From an uncultured bacterium (GTDB lineage Bacteria; Oederibacteriota; JAAXVQ01; JAUVAV01), in NCBI GenBank assembly GCA_963710755.1, contig CAVQBK010000003.1, forward strand, positions 885,211-949,210: a DNA stretch of 64,000 bases, in the 5' to 3' direction. Positions 28,975 to 37,916 of the stretch are shown in pieces. The notes below the pieces were generated by a model, which worked only from the letters and a program-made list of their open reading frames with translations, made no database searches and was not told the DNA's origin. The position numbers and the translations under genes are program-made. Each line of letters begins with the position of its first letter. Within the stretch, counting starts at the first letter, position 1.

Positions 28975-29030
28975 TTTCTTTGGTGGGCGGCTTGGCGTGA
29001 GGCCAATTTTTTATTCCGGCTCTGCCGGAT
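28975..29030. repeat. Short repeat: an inverted copy of the left arm of element E2
   Basis: tttctttggtgggcggcttggcgtgaggccaattttttattccggctctgccg. Compare the reverse complement of 6060-6125: ...cggcttggcg...gtgaggcatctttttattccggctctgccg. Confidence 0.6.
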
Positions 29031-29046
29031 CAAAGGAGGTTGAACA

Positions 29047-29982
29047 ATGAAAATTTTAGTAACCGGTGGGGCGGGGTTTATTGCTTCCCATGTCGTGGAT
29101 GCCTATGTTCAGGCCGGTCATGAAGTGGCGGTGGTGGATGATCTCTCGTCAGGCAACATTGATTATGTCAATCCGCGGGTGCGGTTTTACCAGGTGGATA
29201 TTGCCAATCCCAAATTGGAGGAAATTTTTGCCGATTTTAAACCCCAGCTGGTCAATCATCACGCCGCTCAGATTTCAGTGCCTCATTCCGTGGATGCGCC
29301 CCAGGAGGACGCCCGGGTCAACGTGATAGGCGTGGTCAATTTACTGGAATGCTGCCGCAAGCATAAAGTGGCCAAGGTCATTTACGTCTCGTCCGGTGGC
29401 GTGGTTTACGGGGAGCCGGAGCGGCTGCCGGCGGAGGAGAGTTTTCCCTTGCAGCCGGCTTCGCCCTATGGCATTTCCAAATATGCCGGTGAGCTTTATC
29501 TTAGTTTTTTTGCCCGCCAATGCGGTCTGCGCTATGTGGTTTTTCGTTACAGCAATGTGTACGGCCCCAGGCAAATGCCGCATGGGGAAGCAGGGGTGGT
29601 CTCCATTTTTATTAAAACCCTGTTGGCCGGCAAAACACCGGTTATTTACGGTGACGGTTCTTGTGTACGCGACTATGTTTTTGTGGGCGACGTGGTGGAG
29701 GCCAATTTAAAAGCCGTGGAAAAGGGTGAAAATATTGCCCTCAATATCGGCACCGGCCAGCCGACCAATGTCAATCAGCTATACGCCAGTATTAAACAAG
29801 TGATGGCGACCAGCGTGGAGGCAGATCATGGCCCGGCGCGGCGCGGTGATTTACAGGCCAACTACCTTAATGCCGATTTAGCCCGGGAAAAACTCGGTTG
29901 GCGTCCTAAAACCAGTTTGGCCGAAGGCATTGGCCTCACTTATGATTATTTTAAAAATCAGCTGGAAGGAGCGCGCCCGTGA
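29047..29982 (+). CDS. NAD-dependent epimerase/dehydratase (UDP-hexose 4-epimerase-like SDR)
   Basis: MKILVTGGAGFIASHV (Rossmann GxxGxxG) and the catalytic Yxxx K context (...YGISKYAGELY...YSNVYGPRQ). Confidence 0.85.
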   Translation: MKILVTGGAGFIASHVVDAYVQAGHEVAVVDDLSSGNIDYVNPRVRFYQVDIANPKLEEIFADFKPQLVNHHAAQISVPHSVDAPQEDARVNVIGVVNLLECCRKHKVAKVIYVSSGGVVYGEPERLPAEESFPLQPASPYGISKYAGELYLSFFARQCGLRYVVFRYSNVYGPRQMPHGEAGVVSIFIKTLLAGKTPVIYGDGSCVRDYVFVGDVVEANLKAVEKGENIALNIGTGQPTNVNQLYASIKQVMATSVEADHGPARRGDLQANYLNADLAREKLGWRPKTSLAEGIGLTYDYFKNQLEGARP

Positions 29983-31052
29983 GAGCCATCATTTTGGTGG
30001 GCGGGGAAGGCACCCGTCTTCGGCCTCTGACCCTGAACCGTCTCAAGGGCATGGTCACCATGGCCGGCCATCCTTTTCTGAAATATCAGTTTGAATTTTT
30101 AAAACAACATGGCGTTAAAAACGTAACCCTCTCCATCTGCCATATGCCGGAAAAAATCAAGCGTACTTACGGCACAGGCCAAGCTTTTGGCATGCGTCTG
30201 AATTATGCAGTGGAACAAGAACCCCTGGGCACAGGCGGGGCCATTAAAAACGCTTTCACCCAATTCCGGTCCCCTAACCAGGAACCGGTGGTGGTCATGA
30301 ACGGCGATATTTTAACGGCCATTGATTTAACCAAGATGCTGGAGCAGCACCGCCGGAAAAAAGCAGCGCTCAGCATTGGTCTGACCTGGGTGGAAGATCC
30401 CTCAGCTTACGGGGTGGTACAGTTTAACAAAGACAAGCGTATCCTGAAATTCATCGAGAAACCTGCGCCCAGTGAAGATGTGAGTCACTGGATTAATGCC
30501 GGGGTGTACCTTTTTAGCCCGCCGGCTTTTGCCGCCATTCCCGACGGGGTCAATTATTCGGCTGAACGCGCCTTGTTTCCCGGACTCTTGAATGAGGACC
30601 AGCGGCTGTGGGCTTTTCCTGACCGGGGCTATTGGAATGACATCGGCACGCCGCAGAAATATCTGCAATCCAACATCGACATATTGGAAGGCCGCATGTT
30701 CATGCTCAAGGTGGGCCGGGCCTTTAAGGGTAGAGACCATATCCGCCTCGGCCGTCATTGCCGGATACACGGCAGTGTGGAATTAATCGCGCCCTGTGTT
30801 ATTGACGACCACTGCAGTATGGAGAATGATATTTTAATCAGCCAGGCTACCGTGATCGGCAGCCATGTGACTATTGGCAGTCATACCCAAATCGCTCGTT
30901 CTGTCATTGGCGACAAGGTGCATATTGGCAATACGACGTCTATTGAGGGCGCAGTTATAGGCAAGGGTTCCAAGATCGGCAGGCATGTCATCATCTCAGC
31001 CGGCACGGTGCTGGCGGATCATTCGGTGGTGCCTGATTACAGCCGGTTGTAA
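29979..31052 (+). CDS. Sugar-1-phosphate nucleotidyltransferase with a C-terminal left-handed beta-helix domain (mannose-1-P guanylyltransferase-like)
   Basis: MRAIILVGGEGTRLRPLT signature. The C-terminal hexapeptide-repeat region carries ...IGSHVTIGSHTQIARSVIGDKVHIGNTTSIEGAVIG... Confidence 0.8.
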   Translation: MRAIILVGGEGTRLRPLTLNRLKGMVTMAGHPFLKYQFEFLKQHGVKNVTLSICHMPEKIKRTYGTGQAFGMRLNYAVEQEPLGTGGAIKNAFTQFRSPNQEPVVVMNGDILTAIDLTKMLEQHRRKKAALSIGLTWVEDPSAYGVVQFNKDKRILKFIEKPAPSEDVSHWINAGVYLFSPPAFAAIPDGVNYSAERALFPGLLNEDQRLWAFPDRGYWNDIGTPQKYLQSNIDILEGRMFMLKVGRAFKGRDHIRLGRHCRIHGSVELIAPCVIDDHCSMENDILISQATVIGSHVTIGSHTQIARSVIGDKVHIGNTTSIEGAVIGKGSKIGRHVIISAGTVLADHSVVPDYSRL

Positions 31053-31076
31053 ATGACCCGGCAACAGCGGGCGTGC

Positions 31077-31793
31077 TTAGGCAAACTGGTCTTTGCGCTG
31101 GCGTAATTCAGCGAAGGCTTGAGGTGACGGCGCCTGAAGAAAAGGATTGGTAGTTTTTTCCATGGCAATGGTGGTGGGTACGGTAGCGCCTTCCATATGC
31201 AGCCGGTCGGCCAACTGTTGTTGACGTTCCACCAACCGGGCATTGTCAGGATCGCGGCTGATTAAAAATTGATAATTGGCCAAGGTGTACTCGTGGCCAG
31301 GATAGACCAGCGTATGGTCAGGCAAATGGCGAATGAGATTAAGCGATGACCATAACTGGGCGGCATGGCCGTCCAGCAACCGACCGCAACCGCCTACAAA
31401 CAACGTATCGCCCGTGAAGAGCAAACCCGGATGGCCGGGAAGGTAATAACAGACGTGGTCACGGGTATGACCGGGCGTGCCCATTACGTCGATCTGATAA
31501 TTGCCAAAAGCAATGGTGTCGCCATGGGCTACCAGGCGGCTGACATCAGGAATCATGGGACTGCTGGCAATGATGGGGCAGCCAAAGGCCCGCTGCAAGG
31601 TGTGATTGCCGGCAATATGGTCAAAATGATGATGGGTATTCAGGATTAATTTGAGTTTCAGGTGATGGCGGTAAAGCACATGTTCCACCGGCTCCGCGGC
31701 CGTGGGGTCCACCACACAAGCCTCTTGCCCGTTTAAAATCAGATAAATATAATTGTCACCCAAGGTGGTATGCAATACGGTTGGGGTTATCAT
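31077..31793 (-). CDS. gloB: Hydroxyacylglutathione hydrolase-like metallo-beta-lactamase-fold protein (glyoxalase II/GloB type)
   Basis: THHHFDHIAGN (THxHxDH) and a C-terminal ...EKTTNPFLQ, which closely resembles the GloB C-terminal signature. The proposed start is the internal MITPTVLHTTLGDNYIYLI (ATG at 31793), matching the GloB N-terminus (..DNYIW.L). The longest ORF extends to 31862. Confidence 0.75.
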   Translation of the reverse strand: MITPTVLHTTLGDNYIYLILNGQEACVVDPTAAEPVEHVLYRHHLKLKLILNTHHHFDHIAGNHTLQRAFGCPIIASSPMIPDVSRLVAHGDTIAFGNYQIDVMGTPGHTRDHVCYYLPGHPGLLFTGDTLFVGGCGRLLDGHAAQLWSSLNLIRHLPDHTLVYPGHEYTLANYQFLISRDPDNARLVERQQQLADRLHMEGATVPTTIAMEKTTNPFLQAPSPQAFAELRQRKDQFA

Positions 31794-31860
31794 GATTGCA
31801 TTATAGCATAGCCCTGCGGCGGTTAAACTCATTTTTCCCGGCCATGGATGAAAGGAAAGC

Positions 31861-33435
31861 ATGTCCCAATTGTTGACTGTTCATTATGAAATCAGCTGCC
31901 GTCCCGGCGAATCCATTGAACAATTAAGCCAAAGCGTGGCCCTGGAACAAAGTGTGGAAGTTCCGGAAGCCGTGATAACCGGCAAGGCCTTCCAACAACA
32001 GGTCTTGGGCGAAGTGAAGGCTGTGACACCCCTGGATGAGGCTGACCGTTATTTGGTTAAAATTGCTTTTCCTGCAGCCATTATCAGCCAGGCGGTTCCG
32101 CAATTGTTCAACGTGCTTTTTGGAAATATCTCCATTAAAAATAACATTAAACTGGTGGACCTGGAAGCGCCGCCACAACTGATGCAAGTGTTAAAAGGCC
32201 CGCGTTACGGTCTGGACGGGGTGCGCAGCCGCCTTGGTCTGGGAGGCAGGCCTCTGGCCGCATCAGCCTTAAAACCTTTGGGATCTTCGGCTCATGATTT
32301 TGGCATGCTGGCCAAAGCCTTGGCCCTGGGCGGTCTGGATATTATCAAGGATGACCATGGCCTGGCAGATCAGGGATTTTGCCCCTTTGAAGAACGGGTG
32401 CGGATCGTGCAAACCGCGCTCGACCAAGTCAGCCAGCAAACCGGTAAGGCCAGCCTTTATTTTCCCAATCTTATCTGTGCCCGGGAAAAGGTGGATGCGC
32501 AGCTGGAGTTTGTGTTGCGCCACGGCGTTCAGGGCATTTTGATCTCGCCGTTTCTGATGGGTCCGGATATGGTGCGCTATATTCGCGACCATTATCCCTT
32601 GATGATCATGGTTCATCCCGCCTTAACCGGTACGCACTTTAACGATCCTCGTCACGGCATCAAACCGGCAGTGCTGCTGGGCAAGCTCATGCGTCTCTTG
32701 GGCGCGGATATATCGGTGTTTCCCAACAGCGGTGGTCGATTTGGTTTTACGGAACAAGACTGCCAGGATATCAAGCAGGCCTTGCACCAGCCTTGGAAAG
32801 AAATCTTACCCTCGTGGCCTGCCCCGGCAGGAGGCATGACCCTGGATAAAATGGAGACCCTGGTTGCCCAATATGGTCGGGATGCGGTTTACTTGCTCGG
32901 TGGTGCCTTGCTGTTTCCCCAAAAACATGTTCAAGCCAACAGCCGGCGCTTCATGGAGATTATCAGCCACCATTATAAAGAAGAACAGCTTCCCCCAACA
33001 CCCTTGATCTCAGCCTGTGAGATAAAAACCCCGGGGATCCAGGATCAACAGCAGCGCTTATTGCCGTATCAGGGGCAAGGCTGGCAGGGGCGAACCACCC
33101 AACGCTATAAGCAAAGTCAGGAATTGCCCTTCCAAGGCATCAGCCGCACTGAATTGGTGGGATCCCACGGGGAGCAGACTCAATTTGACCTGCGCTATTT
33201 TGAAATTGAAGCCCAAGGGTATTCCAGTTTGGAAAAACATCAGCATACCCATGTTATTATAGGTGTCCGCGGCCAGGGACAATTGCAGATGAACGAAGAC
33301 AGCCTCTCTATTCGTCCTCATGACGTGGCCTACATACCGCCTATGACCGTACATCAGTTCCGCAATCCCTTTGATGATCCCTTTGGTTTTTACTGCATAG
33401 TGGATCACGAGCGTGACCGTCCCCAAGCTCCTTAA
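31861..33435 (+). CDS. RuBisCO-like protein (form IV RLP) fused to a C-terminal cupin domain
   Basis: Residues 1 to about 400 show the RuBisCO large-subunit fold with GGLDIIKDDHG (canonical KDDE(N) becomes KDDH) and downstream ...HPALTG.. and ..NSGGRFG.. motifs, as in RLPs. Residues from about 410 (HQHTHVIIGVRGQGQLQMNEDSLSIRPHDVAYIPPMTVHQFRNP) form a cupin_2-type barrel. Confidence 0.75.
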   Translation: MSQLLTVHYEISCRPGESIEQLSQSVALEQSVEVPEAVITGKAFQQQVLGEVKAVTPLDEADRYLVKIAFPAAIISQAVPQLFNVLFGNISIKNNIKLVDLEAPPQLMQVLKGPRYGLDGVRSRLGLGGRPLAASALKPLGSSAHDFGMLAKALALGGLDIIKDDHGLADQGFCPFEERVRIVQTALDQVSQQTGKASLYFPNLICAREKVDAQLEFVLRHGVQGILISPFLMGPDMVRYIRDHYPLMIMVHPALTGTHFNDPRHGIKPAVLLGKLMRLLGADISVFPNSGGRFGFTEQDCQDIKQALHQPWKEILPSWPAPAGGMTLDKMETLVAQYGRDAVYLLGGALLFPQKHVQANSRRFMEIISHHYKEEQLPPTPLISACEIKTPGIQDQQQRLLPYQGQGWQGRTTQRYKQSQELPFQGISRTELVGSHGEQTQFDLRYFEIEAQGYSSLEKHQHTHVIIGVRGQGQLQMNEDSLSIRPHDVAYIPPMTVHQFRNPFDDPFGFYCIVDHERDRPQAP

Positions 33436-33710
33436 GCATAATCTTGCCTTCGATTGGACCTCGTCATTCATAAGTATTTTAATAAAGTATTCTCTTTACT
33501 TTGCTTAAAAACGCTGGAAAAAACCTAAAAAGCCTCCATAAAAACCATCAGTTTTAAAGCTAGATAAGTATATATATATGTAAATAGCATCATTAAGATT
33601 CTAAAACAAATGCTTGTTTTCAGGGTCAAACAATGATACCTTACAAAAAGAATGTAATTACTAATATTTAATTGTGTCTTTATCAAGACGGCGAGTGAAG
33701 AAGGGGTGTT

Positions 33711-34961
33711 ATGAAAACAATCGCGATTTTGGGTTCAGGGACTGCTGGCACCATGATGGCTGCTCATCTTACGAAAAAGCTCGATCAACGGCAATGGCAG
33801 ATAGTCCTAATCGATGAGGTGGCTCATCATTATTATCAACCGGGATTTCTTTTTATCCCTTTTGGGCTCTATGATGAAAAACATGTGGTCAAGCATAAGG
33901 AGATGTTTATTCCCAAAGGTGTGAAGTTTATCCTGGCGCCAATTGAGCGTATTGACCATGCCAAGCAGCGGGTGCTGGTGCAAGGCCAGCCGGAAGTGCC
34001 CTATGATCTGCTCATTATTGCCACGGGCTCCAAAATCAGGCCGGAGGAAGTGGCGGGCATGAAGGAGGAAGGCTGGCATAAAACCATCTTTGATTTTTAT
34101 ACTTTTGAGGGGGCCATGGCCCTGAGGAAAAAGCTGGCTCACTTTGAAGGCGGTGACCTGGTCATTCATATTACGGAAATGCCTATTAAATGTCCGGTGG
34201 CGCCCCTGGAATTTGCCTTTCTCATGGATTGGTGGCTTACCACCAAAAGGTTGCGTCACAAAACCAATTTAACCTATGTTACCCCTCTTTCGGGGGCGTT
34301 CACCAAACAAAATTGTTCGACTGTGCTGGGCTATATGCTGGAAAAGAAAAAAATTCACATGATTCCTGATTTTGCGGTGGAGAAGATCGATCCTGCCCGG
34401 CAAGTACTATCCAGCTATGATGAACAGGACGTGCCCTATGATTTGCTGATCACCGTACCCACCAATATGGGAGACGAGGTGATTGCGCGCTCAGGTCTGG
34501 GCGATGATCTCAATTTCGTACCTACGGACAAAGGCACGCTGCAGGCTCAGGGGTTTGACAATATCTTTGTAATTGGTGATGCAACCAATGTACCGGCTTC
34601 CAAGGCCGGATCAGTGGCGCATTTTGAATCGGAGATTTTGACGGCTAATATTCTGGATTATATTGCCGGTAAACCCCTTCGGCATCACTTCGACGGGCAT
34701 GCCAATTGCTTTATTGAATCCGGGTTTGGCAAGGCCGTGCTGATTGATTTTAATTATGACCTGGAGCCTGTGGAAGGAAAGTTTCCCCTGCCGTTGCTGG
34801 GTCCCTTGCCCCTGTTAAAAGAGAGCAGGCTCAACCATCTGGGCAAACTGGCCTTTCGCTATATCTATTGGAACCTATTGCTCAAAGGCCTGGCCCTGCC
34901 CCTGGTGGGAGCCGCGATGAGCAGGGCAGGTAAAAAAGTACAAACCTTAAATAAAAAGTAG
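33711..34961 (+). CDS. FAD-dependent pyridine nucleotide-disulfide oxidoreductase of the sulfide:quinone oxidoreductase (SQR) type
   Basis: MKTIAILGSGTAGTMMAAHL (FAD-binding GxGxxG), a second Rossmann motif ...IFVIGDATNVPASKAG..., and C-terminal amphipathic helices. Confidence 0.7.
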   Translation: MKTIAILGSGTAGTMMAAHLTKKLDQRQWQIVLIDEVAHHYYQPGFLFIPFGLYDEKHVVKHKEMFIPKGVKFILAPIERIDHAKQRVLVQGQPEVPYDLLIIATGSKIRPEEVAGMKEEGWHKTIFDFYTFEGAMALRKKLAHFEGGDLVIHITEMPIKCPVAPLEFAFLMDWWLTTKRLRHKTNLTYVTPLSGAFTKQNCSTVLGYMLEKKKIHMIPDFAVEKIDPARQVLSSYDEQDVPYDLLITVPTNMGDEVIARSGLGDDLNFVPTDKGTLQAQGFDNIFVIGDATNVPASKAGSVAHFESEILTANILDYIAGKPLRHHFDGHANCFIESGFGKAVLIDFNYDLEPVEGKFPLPLLGPLPLLKESRLNHLGKLAFRYIYWNLLLKGLALPLVGAAMSRAGKKVQTLNKK

Positions 34962-34972
34962 GAGGAGAGAAG

Positions 34973-35299
34973 GTGTTAGCCATGGCCAAGAAAAATTATG
35001 CAGGACAAGAGGTGGAGGTGGATGAACAGGGCTACCTGACCAACTTGAATCAGTGGAATGAGACTATAGCTGCTGCTATTGCCCAAGAGGAAGGCATTGG
35101 TCCCTTAACCGACCAGCATTGGCAAGTCATCCACTATGTGCGCAAAGAAACCGAAGATACAGGAGCATCGCCTACCATCAGGAAAATCAGCAAATTCAGC
35201 GGTGTTAATACCAAGGAATTATATACGCTGTTTCCCGGCGGTCCCGGCAAGAAAGCTTCCAAAATAGCGGGCGTCCCCAAGCCGGTAGGTTGTATCTAA
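34973..35299 (+). CDS. TusE/DsrC family sulfur-relay protein (single C-terminal cysteine, TusE-type)
   Basis: 108 aa ending ...GVPKPVGCI, the family C-terminal P-K-P-x-G-C-(V/I) arm. There is no second cysteine about 10 residues upstream. Confidence 0.7.
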   Translation: MLAMAKKNYAGQEVEVDEQGYLTNLNQWNETIAAAIAQEEGIGPLTDQHWQVIHYVRKETEDTGASPTIRKISKFSGVNTKELYTLFPGGPGKKASKIAGVPKPVGCI

Positions 35300-35394
35300 G
35301 TTCTGCAGGTGCAGGTATTGATTCTCTGAGATAAGCTTGGGAAAGAGAATCACCGTGGGAAGGTGCTTTACTAAAAACCATTGAGGTGAGTGGC

Positions 35395-35865
35395 ATGGCT
35401 GAAGATAGTGTTAAAAAAGTTTCGATTATTATTTCCAAAGGGTCTTTAGATGGAGTATACCCGGGCTTGATCATGGCCAACGGGGCCCGTATGGAGGGCA
35501 TAGAGGCTACGTTGTTTTTTACCTTTTTCGGACTCGACGCGATTGTAAAAAAAAGTATGGGTAAGATCAAAGTAGCCACCGTGGGTAATCCGGGCATGCA
35601 TATGCCCACTTGGCTGGGAGCCATACCGGGTATGTCGGCCATGGCAACAGCCATGATGAACAAGAAAATGGACGCCCTCGATATTCCGCCTATTCCGGAG
35701 TTCGTCGAAATGGTTCATGATGCCGGCGCCGGGCTCTATGCCTGCAGGGCCACCGTGGATATGTTCGGTTTGAAAAAGGAAGATTTCTGCGAACAAGTGG
35801 ATTCCATTATCACGGTGGGCGATTTTTATGAACTCTCTGCCGGCGCCCAAATTATTTTTACGTAA
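35395..35865 (+). CDS. DsrE/DsrF-like family protein (YchN fold)
   Basis: The ATG at 35395 (MAEDSVKKVSIIISKGSLDG...) is preceded by GAGGTGA. The family pattern has conserved Cys residues (..LYACRATV..). Confidence 0.65.
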   Translation: MAEDSVKKVSIIISKGSLDGVYPGLIMANGARMEGIEATLFFTFFGLDAIVKKSMGKIKVATVGNPGMHMPTWLGAIPGMSAMATAMMNKKMDALDIPPIPEFVEMVHDAGAGLYACRATVDMFGLKKEDFCEQVDSIITVGDFYELSAGAQIIFT

Positions 35866-35923
35866 GGTCCGGTTGCCAACAGAAAATCAAGGGGAAGGAA
35901 GCGTCAAAAAAATAAATTAAAAA

Positions 35924-36205
35924 ATGGCGTTCCTCGTCGATACTAGGGATAGGAAAATTCAACCCAGGAGATCGATAATGCCCGAAGCGGAGTGGATATC
36001 GCGCGATCAAGCCTTGATTAAAGCCAAGGACTTTTTACGACAACAGTCCTGGTCTCATGAATTCGACGAACAAACAGCCCGGGTAATTGAAAGCAATGAG
36101 TGTATTAATGTGCTTTTTCGGTACCGGGAACCGCGCAAGCCTCCTGAAATCCTGGTGAGTGTGGAAAAAATTGGCGGCAAAGTTGATGTGGTCAAATTAG
36201 GCTGA
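35924..36205 (+). CDS. Small hypothetical protein
   Basis: 93-aa ORF between the sulfur genes and acpS. No recognisable motif. Confidence 0.3.
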   Translation: MAFLVDTRDRKIQPRRSIMPEAEWISRDQALIKAKDFLRQQSWSHEFDEQTARVIESNECINVLFRYREPRKPPEILVSVEKIGGKVDVVKLG

Positions 36206-36360
36206 TCTTCAGGTGCGGCATTCAACAGGTTCCTCCAAGTTTGGTTAAACTCAGCCATCCATCCTTCATTAAAAAACAGGGAAAACTTCCGAAGCTATGG
36301 TAAACTATGGGCTTTTAATGCCTCCTGCAGGTAGTCCGCCATAATGAAGAAGAGGACCTA

Positions 36361-36744
36361 ATGATCATTGGGATTGGTACGGATATTCAGGCCATTGAAC
36401 GGGTGCAACAAGCCATTGAACGCACGGGAGAGGCTTTTTTAAAAAAGACCTTCAGCAATGAGGAAATGGCCTATTGCCGCCAGCAACGCCGTTGGGCCCA
36501 GCATTTTGCCGTGCGTTTTTGTGCCAAAGAAGCTTTTCTGAAAGCCTTGGCCACAGGTTGGAGTCAGGGTATCCGCTGGACCGAAGTGGAAGTCGCTAAG
36601 ACCGCCTCCGGCTGCCCGGCGCTTAAATTAAGCGGCAAGGCTGCTGAGTTGGCGGCAACACGGGGGGTTAAAAAAACCTGGGTGACCTTGGCCCATAGTG
36701 ATGATTATGCCACAGCCACGGTGATATTGGAGGGCGAGGGATGA
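36361..36744 (+). CDS. acpS: Holo-[acyl-carrier-protein] synthase
   Basis: MIIGIGTDIQAIERV N-terminus, about 127 aa, 4-prime-phosphopantetheinyl transferase family. Confidence 0.85.
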   Translation: MIIGIGTDIQAIERVQQAIERTGEAFLKKTFSNEEMAYCRQQRRWAQHFAVRFCAKEAFLKALATGWSQGIRWTEVEVAKTASGCPALKLSGKAAELAATRGVKKTWVTLAHSDDYATATVILEGEG

Positions 36745-37916
36745 GGCGGTGTGTGATCAGGGCCAGGGCCCTGGCGTTGGACAATCAGGCTTTGGAAGAT
36801 AAACTGATTGTGATTTCAGGCAAGCGCATTGAAAGCATTGTGGCCTCGTCCGCTTCCCACCGGTTCAGTCCCAAGGATTTTATCAGCAACAAGCGCTATC
36901 TGGTGGCCCCAGGGCTGGTGGATATTCACGTGCATGGCGGTGGTGGCGCGCATCCTGATACCCTGGGCGGACTGCTGGCGGCCAGTTATTATCATGCGGC
37001 TCATGGCACCACGGCGCTCCTGTTGACGATTTTCTTTCGCGATCTGGAGCATCTCACCAAAATGGCCAAGCTGGTTCAGGACAGCCGCAGCCAAACCAAC
37101 TGCCATATCCTGGGACTCAATCTGGAAGGCCCGCATATCAATCCTCAGGCCAAAGGTGCTATTGACGGCCGTTACGTGTATAAATTGACTGCTGATCATG
37201 TACGCGCCATGGTCGCGGCAGCAGACGGGGAATTAAAAGTGGTTACCGTGGCGCCCGAGATGCCGGGCGCAGAGGAGGTCATTAAGACCTTCGTTGACGA
37301 AGGGGTGGTTGTATCTTTGGGTCATTCCCTGGCTACCAGTGAAGAGGCGGCGCGGGCTGTGGATTGGGGCGCCAAACTGGTTACTCATCTGGGCAATGCC
37401 ATGGCGCCATTTCATCAGCGCCAGCCGGGGCTGATCGGCACAGCCTTGACGGACAAACGTCTTATTCCGGAAATCATCGCTGACGGCCACCATTTGGCGC
37501 CGGAATCAGTCAATATGTTTTTAAAAGCCAGGGCGCAGGAAGCGATCCTGGTTTCCGATTGCCGTTGGGTGGCAGGCTTGCCGGAAGGCCAGCACACACC
37601 GGCTGACGGCCCGCCCCTGATGGTTAAAAACGGCATGGCCTATTTGCCCGACGATACCATGGCCGGTGGAACGCATGCTTTGTGGCATAGTGTGGTTCAG
37701 GTGGCGCAAACCACGTCCTTTTCTTTTTGGGAAGCCCTTACCATGGCCACCAAATATCCGGCTAAACTCCTGGGCAAACGACCCTTGGGCAAATTGGCGG
37801 TGGGTGGCCGGGCCGATCTGGTGCTGGCCGGGCCGGACTTGACCATCAAACGGGTTTTTTTTGCAGGCGAGGAGATTTACCACGCCGAGGGGGAGCCGCC
37901 TTGGTCTTCCGTTTAG
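36741..37916 (+). CDS. nagA: N-acetylglucosamine-6-phosphate deacetylase (amidohydrolase superfamily)
   Basis: GLVDIHVHGGGG metal-binding motif, 391 aa, NagA-like layout. Confidence 0.7.
   Translation: MRRCVIRARALALDNQALEDKLIVISGKRIESIVASSASHRFSPKDFISNKRYLVAPGLVDIHVHGGGGAHPDTLGGLLAASYYHAAHGTTALLLTIFFRDLEHLTKMAKLVQDSRSQTNCHILGLNLEGPHINPQAKGAIDGRYVYKLTADHVRAMVAAADGELKVVTVAPEMPGAEEVIKTFVDEGVVVSLGHSLATSEEAARAVDWGAKLVTHLGNAMAPFHQRQPGLIGTALTDKRLIPEIIADGHHLAPESVNMFLKARAQEAILVSDCRWVAGLPEGQHTPADGPPLMVKNGMAYLPDDTMAGGTHALWHSVVQVAQTTSFSFWEALTMATKYPAKLLGKRPLGKLAVGGRADLVLAGPDLTIKRVFFAGEEIYHAEGEPPWSSV

Noticed and set aside
31794-31862. Longer N-terminus for the GloB-like gene (start at 31862)
   Set aside because: GloB homologs begin near the ..DNYIW.. 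motif. The internal ATG at 31793 fits and leaves a sensible divergent intergenic region with the RLP-cupin gene.
37846-37916. About 70-nt convergent overlap of nagA and mazG as a regulatory feature
   Set aside because: It is probably just a generous ORF end. Both C-termini are unconserved tails and no structure was evident.
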